From the NCBI GenBank assembly GCA_963514005.1, contig OY740797.1:17422001-17486000 (forward strand): a stretch of DNA of 64,000 nucleotides. The letters run 5' to 3'. The notes beneath the pieces were generated by a model that did not search any database, had not been told where the DNA came from, and was given only the letters and a program-made list of their open reading frames with translations. Within the stretch, counting starts at the first letter, position 1. Every line of letters starts with the position of its first letter. Shown piece after piece: positions 58,901-64,000 of this stretch. Made by a program: the position numbers and the translations under genes. This DNA comes from Raja brachyura (lineage: Eukaryota).

Positions 58901-61510
58901 TGAAGCATTTTCTTGATTTTTGAATGGTGTTTTCTTTTCACTGTCTTATAGAATGTATGTATAATTTGTGTTTTATGTGTTGTCTGAGTCTATATGCCTT
59001 TGATGCTGCTGCAAGTAAGCTTTTCATTGTACCTGCACTTCACCATACTTGTGCTTATACCCATAAATTGACTTGACTTCTAAACCTCTTAATCTTTATA
59101 CATTTATAAAAGTCTATATTGACTTTTCCTTGGTTTCTTTGCCCATAGTTTTTCAGGCTCTCTTTTTATTTGCCAAAGTTCCTTAAACGTTCAACTTTAA
59201 ACATTCAACGCTCTCTGTAGGATTCGGCTCAAGATATCTGACATGTCCTTTTTTGCCTTTTCCTATCTGAAGATTCTTAATCCTCACCATCAACCACATG
59301 CCTATTATTTTCTGTCTAAATGCCGAATAAGATCTCTCAAAAGTCTATGGACCTATTTTCAAACGCTGGTGGAAATGGTTGCCCAGTCATTGAAATGCTC
59401 ATTGCTCTTTATTTCCACTGGGCCAATTTTATGTTTTTCCTGGGATTTTGTTTTTCCAATTAGTGTGCCCCAAAAAGACTGCGTCAACTCCATACACACT
59501 AATTATACCATAACACATAAAATGCTGGAAACAATTAACATGACTGGCAACATCTGTGGAGAGTGAAACTGCATTAACATTTCTGATTGTTGACCCTCAA
59601 AAAAGTTAAGCAAGTTGCTCAGATACAACTTTCCCTGAACAAATTCCTGCTGACTATCCTCAACTGATTTGAACCTATCTACGGGATAATTAATACACTA
59701 ATTCAGATTATTTTTCTATTGCTTTGCTTCCCCACCCTTATCCTAGGTTGGACTGACTGAGTCATAATTACTCAGTCTATAGCTTAATTATTTTTTCTTA
59801 CAATGGCCCACCAACAGGACCATGCTAGTGTCAGAAAGAATTGTAAAATGGTCAGAGTATTACTGTTTCCTCTCTAACAGCAAGAAATGTATTCTTATAA
59901 CAGCCTAGAATACATTTCATCCTACTGAGGCAATTTACAGTGCTAAACACATTAACAATCCCTCTCTACAAAACCAATATTGTATGTTCCTTCTCAGCCA
60001 CAATGTCAACCATGCATGTTGAACATTCTTCTGCACTTCCTGCGGTATTGAGCTCATGATAGCTGACCTAAGTTCTTTTTTTCTCTTTCCCTATCCTGTA
60101 CACGTCATGCAGGGCCCCAGAGTTGGAAATCATGGGGTAACATTTGCATCAAATTCACTCCATCTCCTTTTTGAATGCCTTGCATTCCTCCAAAATAGCT
60201 GATTCCAGTCCACTTTGGCAAATCACACACATACCACCTAGTATTTCCCCAATTGAAGCATTCACCCCAGGCTTTTATTTGATACATTTATCCATGATTA
60301 CACAAAATGTAACTGCCATTATTGGCTACAAATACTTTTCGTGACAGATCAAAGGACCTGTCAACCTGCTGATGGAAACCTGCTATGTAGCAGAATCCTG
60401 GATAATGCTTAGATTATGACTGCATTCATTTACTTCAAATGTTGCACTGAAGGACGCTGTTTATGACTGCGAATAGAAAATAATGATGCCACAGCATAAG
60501 GTTAATAGGTACTGATCCATCTTTTTGCATTTTATCTAGGATAGTGATGGAAATTGCATAAAGATAGTGTACATTGGATGTTGTCCATTTACTAGAAACA
60601 GAAATGATATTGGCAGCTCAATTTCAGCACACTATGAGCTACAAAGAGAGTTTGGCAAAGGGAGCAGATTCCTGAAGATGTTATCTATCTTGGAATATTG
60701 ATGTTCTCTGTGGGAAGTGGATGAAACGTGTTGGTGGATGTCGAAAATAACAATCATTTCAAAAGCCTATCCCAATAGATCTTTCAGCAAAGGAGCATGT
60801 TTAATGAATTTGTTACAGGACATACATTGTCCTTTTACTGAAGATTGGACATCAGAATGCAGTACTTTTGTAGAATGATGATTTAATTTTGTGGTGCTAG
60901 GTTATTGCTGCCTCATAGCTGCTCCATATGGGATAGTTATTGAGATAGCTTATGCCATGAATTGGATAGATTCATGGCATAATAACTGTCAGTATTATTA
61001 TAGTATAAATCTTCAAAGGCCATCCACTGGCTTTGAACCTCTCGTGAAGGTCTGCCACTTGCTGTAAAGGTTTTGAATGCCAGTTATGCTTATTTACCAC
61101 TGAAAAATGTCCATCAACCTAATAATATGGTATTCCCTTCCACAGTTTTAACCACAAACTGGGTGGTACCTAGTAATCCAGTGCAATGACATCAGTAGGG
61201 ATGGAGTACTTCAGGCAAGTGAACATTGAGGAACATGGGAGTACATCTTTGTCCAAAATCTAGCTGTAATGAAGTCCTCACTCTTATAGTATGTGCCAAT
61301 GTTTAGTGCCAATCTCATGGTCATCTCTCTGTGGGGCTATGAACCAAAACATGGTTTAAGTGACTGCTTAGGCTAATGTAGTATTTTATTGCTAACTACA
61401 CATAAATGACATAGAACTTACAATACGTTTGTAAGAAGTATGTGTCAGTTTGTACATTAGCATCTACTGTTATTTATTTCTGTTGTTAATGTATTTATTA
61501 GTAAGATGTC

Positions 61511-61516
61511 AATAAA
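61511..61516 (+). terminator. Candidate poly(A) signal for the 8B (GoB) transcript
   Basis: AATAAA preceded by U-rich TTATTTATTT/TATTTATT tracts and followed by GT/T-rich TTTGTCTCCTTTTTGTGT. Lies between 8B and 7A. Not unique: another AATAAA at 57863. Confidence 0.35.
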
Positions 61517-63619
61517 GCGCCAGCTGTTTACTAGTGTATGCATTTGTCTCCTTTTTGTGTCTGAACTAATGAAGCTGAGCATATTCTTTGTGTCATTTAG
61601 ACCTGTGATTCTGACGTAAGAGACCCAATTTAGGGTTGCTCCTAATTTTCAAGGAAGCGAAAATCAGTGAAGTAATCTTGGTCATTGGAAAGCTTCTGAA
61701 CATCTTACAGGATTGCTTCACATTATATATTTGTGCCGATAAATGGCTGACCGTCATTACTATCTAAATAGGATATTTGGACTGTTGTCTATAGTTTCCA
61801 TTATCAATGTTAATTACTCACATACAGAGTTTATGATTCTCTCTCAACAAGTATATGATTTTAGTTTGCTCAACTGTCTACTTTTTCCTCTTATTTAACT
61901 GACGTTTTACAGGATAATGTAAGACAACATGTAGAATAACTGAATGCAGGTGTAAACCTAGTGTAATTTCAGAGAATAGTAGTGTCTGATGTTGGAGGGA
62001 GCAGTCTGATATTTGATATGCAGAATGGTAATGAAATTCAGCCACATGATGTGCCTCAGATATATCTGGGAGCCACATCACAATAAGACAATTCCCTTGT
62101 ACAGTATGTTTACTTCAAGAAACCTATGGAAAAAAAAAAATTCAAATGGATGGATAGATTTGTTCAATTGGTTGGTCAATGCAACTGTAACCATTGCAGG
62201 TCTTATTACATTGTTATTTACAACCAATTACAGCATGTAGTGACGATTGTAACATTGCAGCTGTAATGATAAGGCAGAAAACAATGAGAATTTATTTTCT
62301 TCTGTGAATGTAGTCATTGCCTACAAACCTTTTGGACAGTAGTTGGGGAGAGGGCTTGATGGAGCATGTGATCCAGCTCAAATCTCATATCAATACGTCA
62401 GAACAGTCAACAGAGAATGTTGTAGTTTACCGTCTCACTGTTTGACTGCGTGCAGCCTGATGTGTTTCATGCCAATGCCATAGTGCTCAAGGCATGTTTC
62501 TTCACAGAAGGAAGTGATATGATTTAGTTGTGTACTTTGGGTTTAAATCTGCCCAAGCCAATTGATCTCTTGGCTGACCTTCCAGTTTAGACAAACAGGC
62601 TATTGAGCAACTTCTGCTTCTTCTGCTTCTGCTTGCTACTGCACAACCGCCAACAGCTAGGCTATCTCGTGCAGGTTACGCTGGCATAGGCACTGGTTGC
62701 AAAAGGGTTATTTAGATTTTTATGTGGGCAAGTTTGGTGAGATGATCCATGTCCAAGTTGACGAGCTGTGACGAAGAGTGACAAGATTGGTGCACATCTG
62801 GTGGTGTCGGGAAGGACGTTCCACTCTTGGATAGTCCATGGATATAGTGACTGTAGTTGGCTATTTTTGTTTGCACCAATTCAACCCTCACTAAATAAAG
62901 TGACCTGAGGACTGTCTTGTGGATTTCTGCCAACAAAACTAAAGAAAAGCCAGCTATCTTGTTACAGGGGGAAACTCTTAGCAAAACCTCATGATAGTGA
63001 AGCACGGCATTGTAAATGAAAATACAAAAATGCTGATGTTGGAAAATAGATAAAACAGAAGATGCCGGGTAGAAATTCTGCAGGTTAGGCAGCAGAAACA
63101 GAGTTAATGTTTCAGGCCTAATATTCTTCAAAAGAATTAGGAAAGAAAGGAAACTTGTTTTGAGTGTGGAGAAGGTTTGGAAATGATAGGTAGAACAAGG
63201 GGAATATCTGTATTGTTTATATATGCATTGTGCATTTTGATGTTGTTTGCAGCAAGTTTAATGACTCTGTGATTCCCATTCTCCACAACCCTCACTCTAT
63301 TTTAACCTGGAAAGATTAATTTTGTATATTATAAATGAGAACTTTAACAATCTAGAGACATGGTCATAACAATAATGGAGTGAACAAGTTTAAATTTAGT
63401 TAAGAATTTAAATGGGGCCTACCGATGTCAACAGAACAGGGCTAAATTCACATGTTTCTACATAGAGCAAAAAGAGAAGGCTTTATATTTTAGATGCTGT
63501 GTGTGTGAGTGTGTATGTGCGTGTGCATATGCAAAATGTCTCTGCTTCTAAACATTCAATTGCCTCAACTCGGTAGAGTCTTATCTATATCTAATATCTA
63601 TTTGTCTCATATTTATTAA

Positions 63620-63985
<366 letters not shown>

Positions 63986-64000
63986 TAACCCTTTTCCATG

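Overview
Eukaryotic genomic DNA, most likely from a cartilaginous fish (skate/ray/shark-type SINE, CR1 and Penelope repeat content). The window covers the 3' half of GNAO1 (G protein alpha-o) on the + strand: exons 4, 5, 6, then the duplicated cassettes 7B-8B (Go2/GoB end, stop at 55441) and 7A (Go1/GoA; 8A lies beyond the window). All exons have canonical AG/GT ends and a continuous frame. The introns are rich in transposons. They hold a full-length, apparently young DIRS1-type tyrosine-recombinase retrotransposon (27677-33036, minus strand, three open ORFs, ITRs and ICR), a 5'-truncated L1 with a 17-bp TSD, a decayed Tc1, MULE-, hAT- and Harbinger-like non-autonomous elements, CR1/Rex1 fragments, tRNA-derived SINEs and many Penelope-type repeats with hammerhead-ribozyme-like cores. 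The most interesting signal is a coherent set of splice sites in the DIRS element, suggesting retrovirus-like alternative splicing that yields Gag, RT and recombinase, with the RT ORF removed as an intron to make the recombinase. Repeat family names come from recalled motifs, not database searches, and boundaries of old repeats are approximate.
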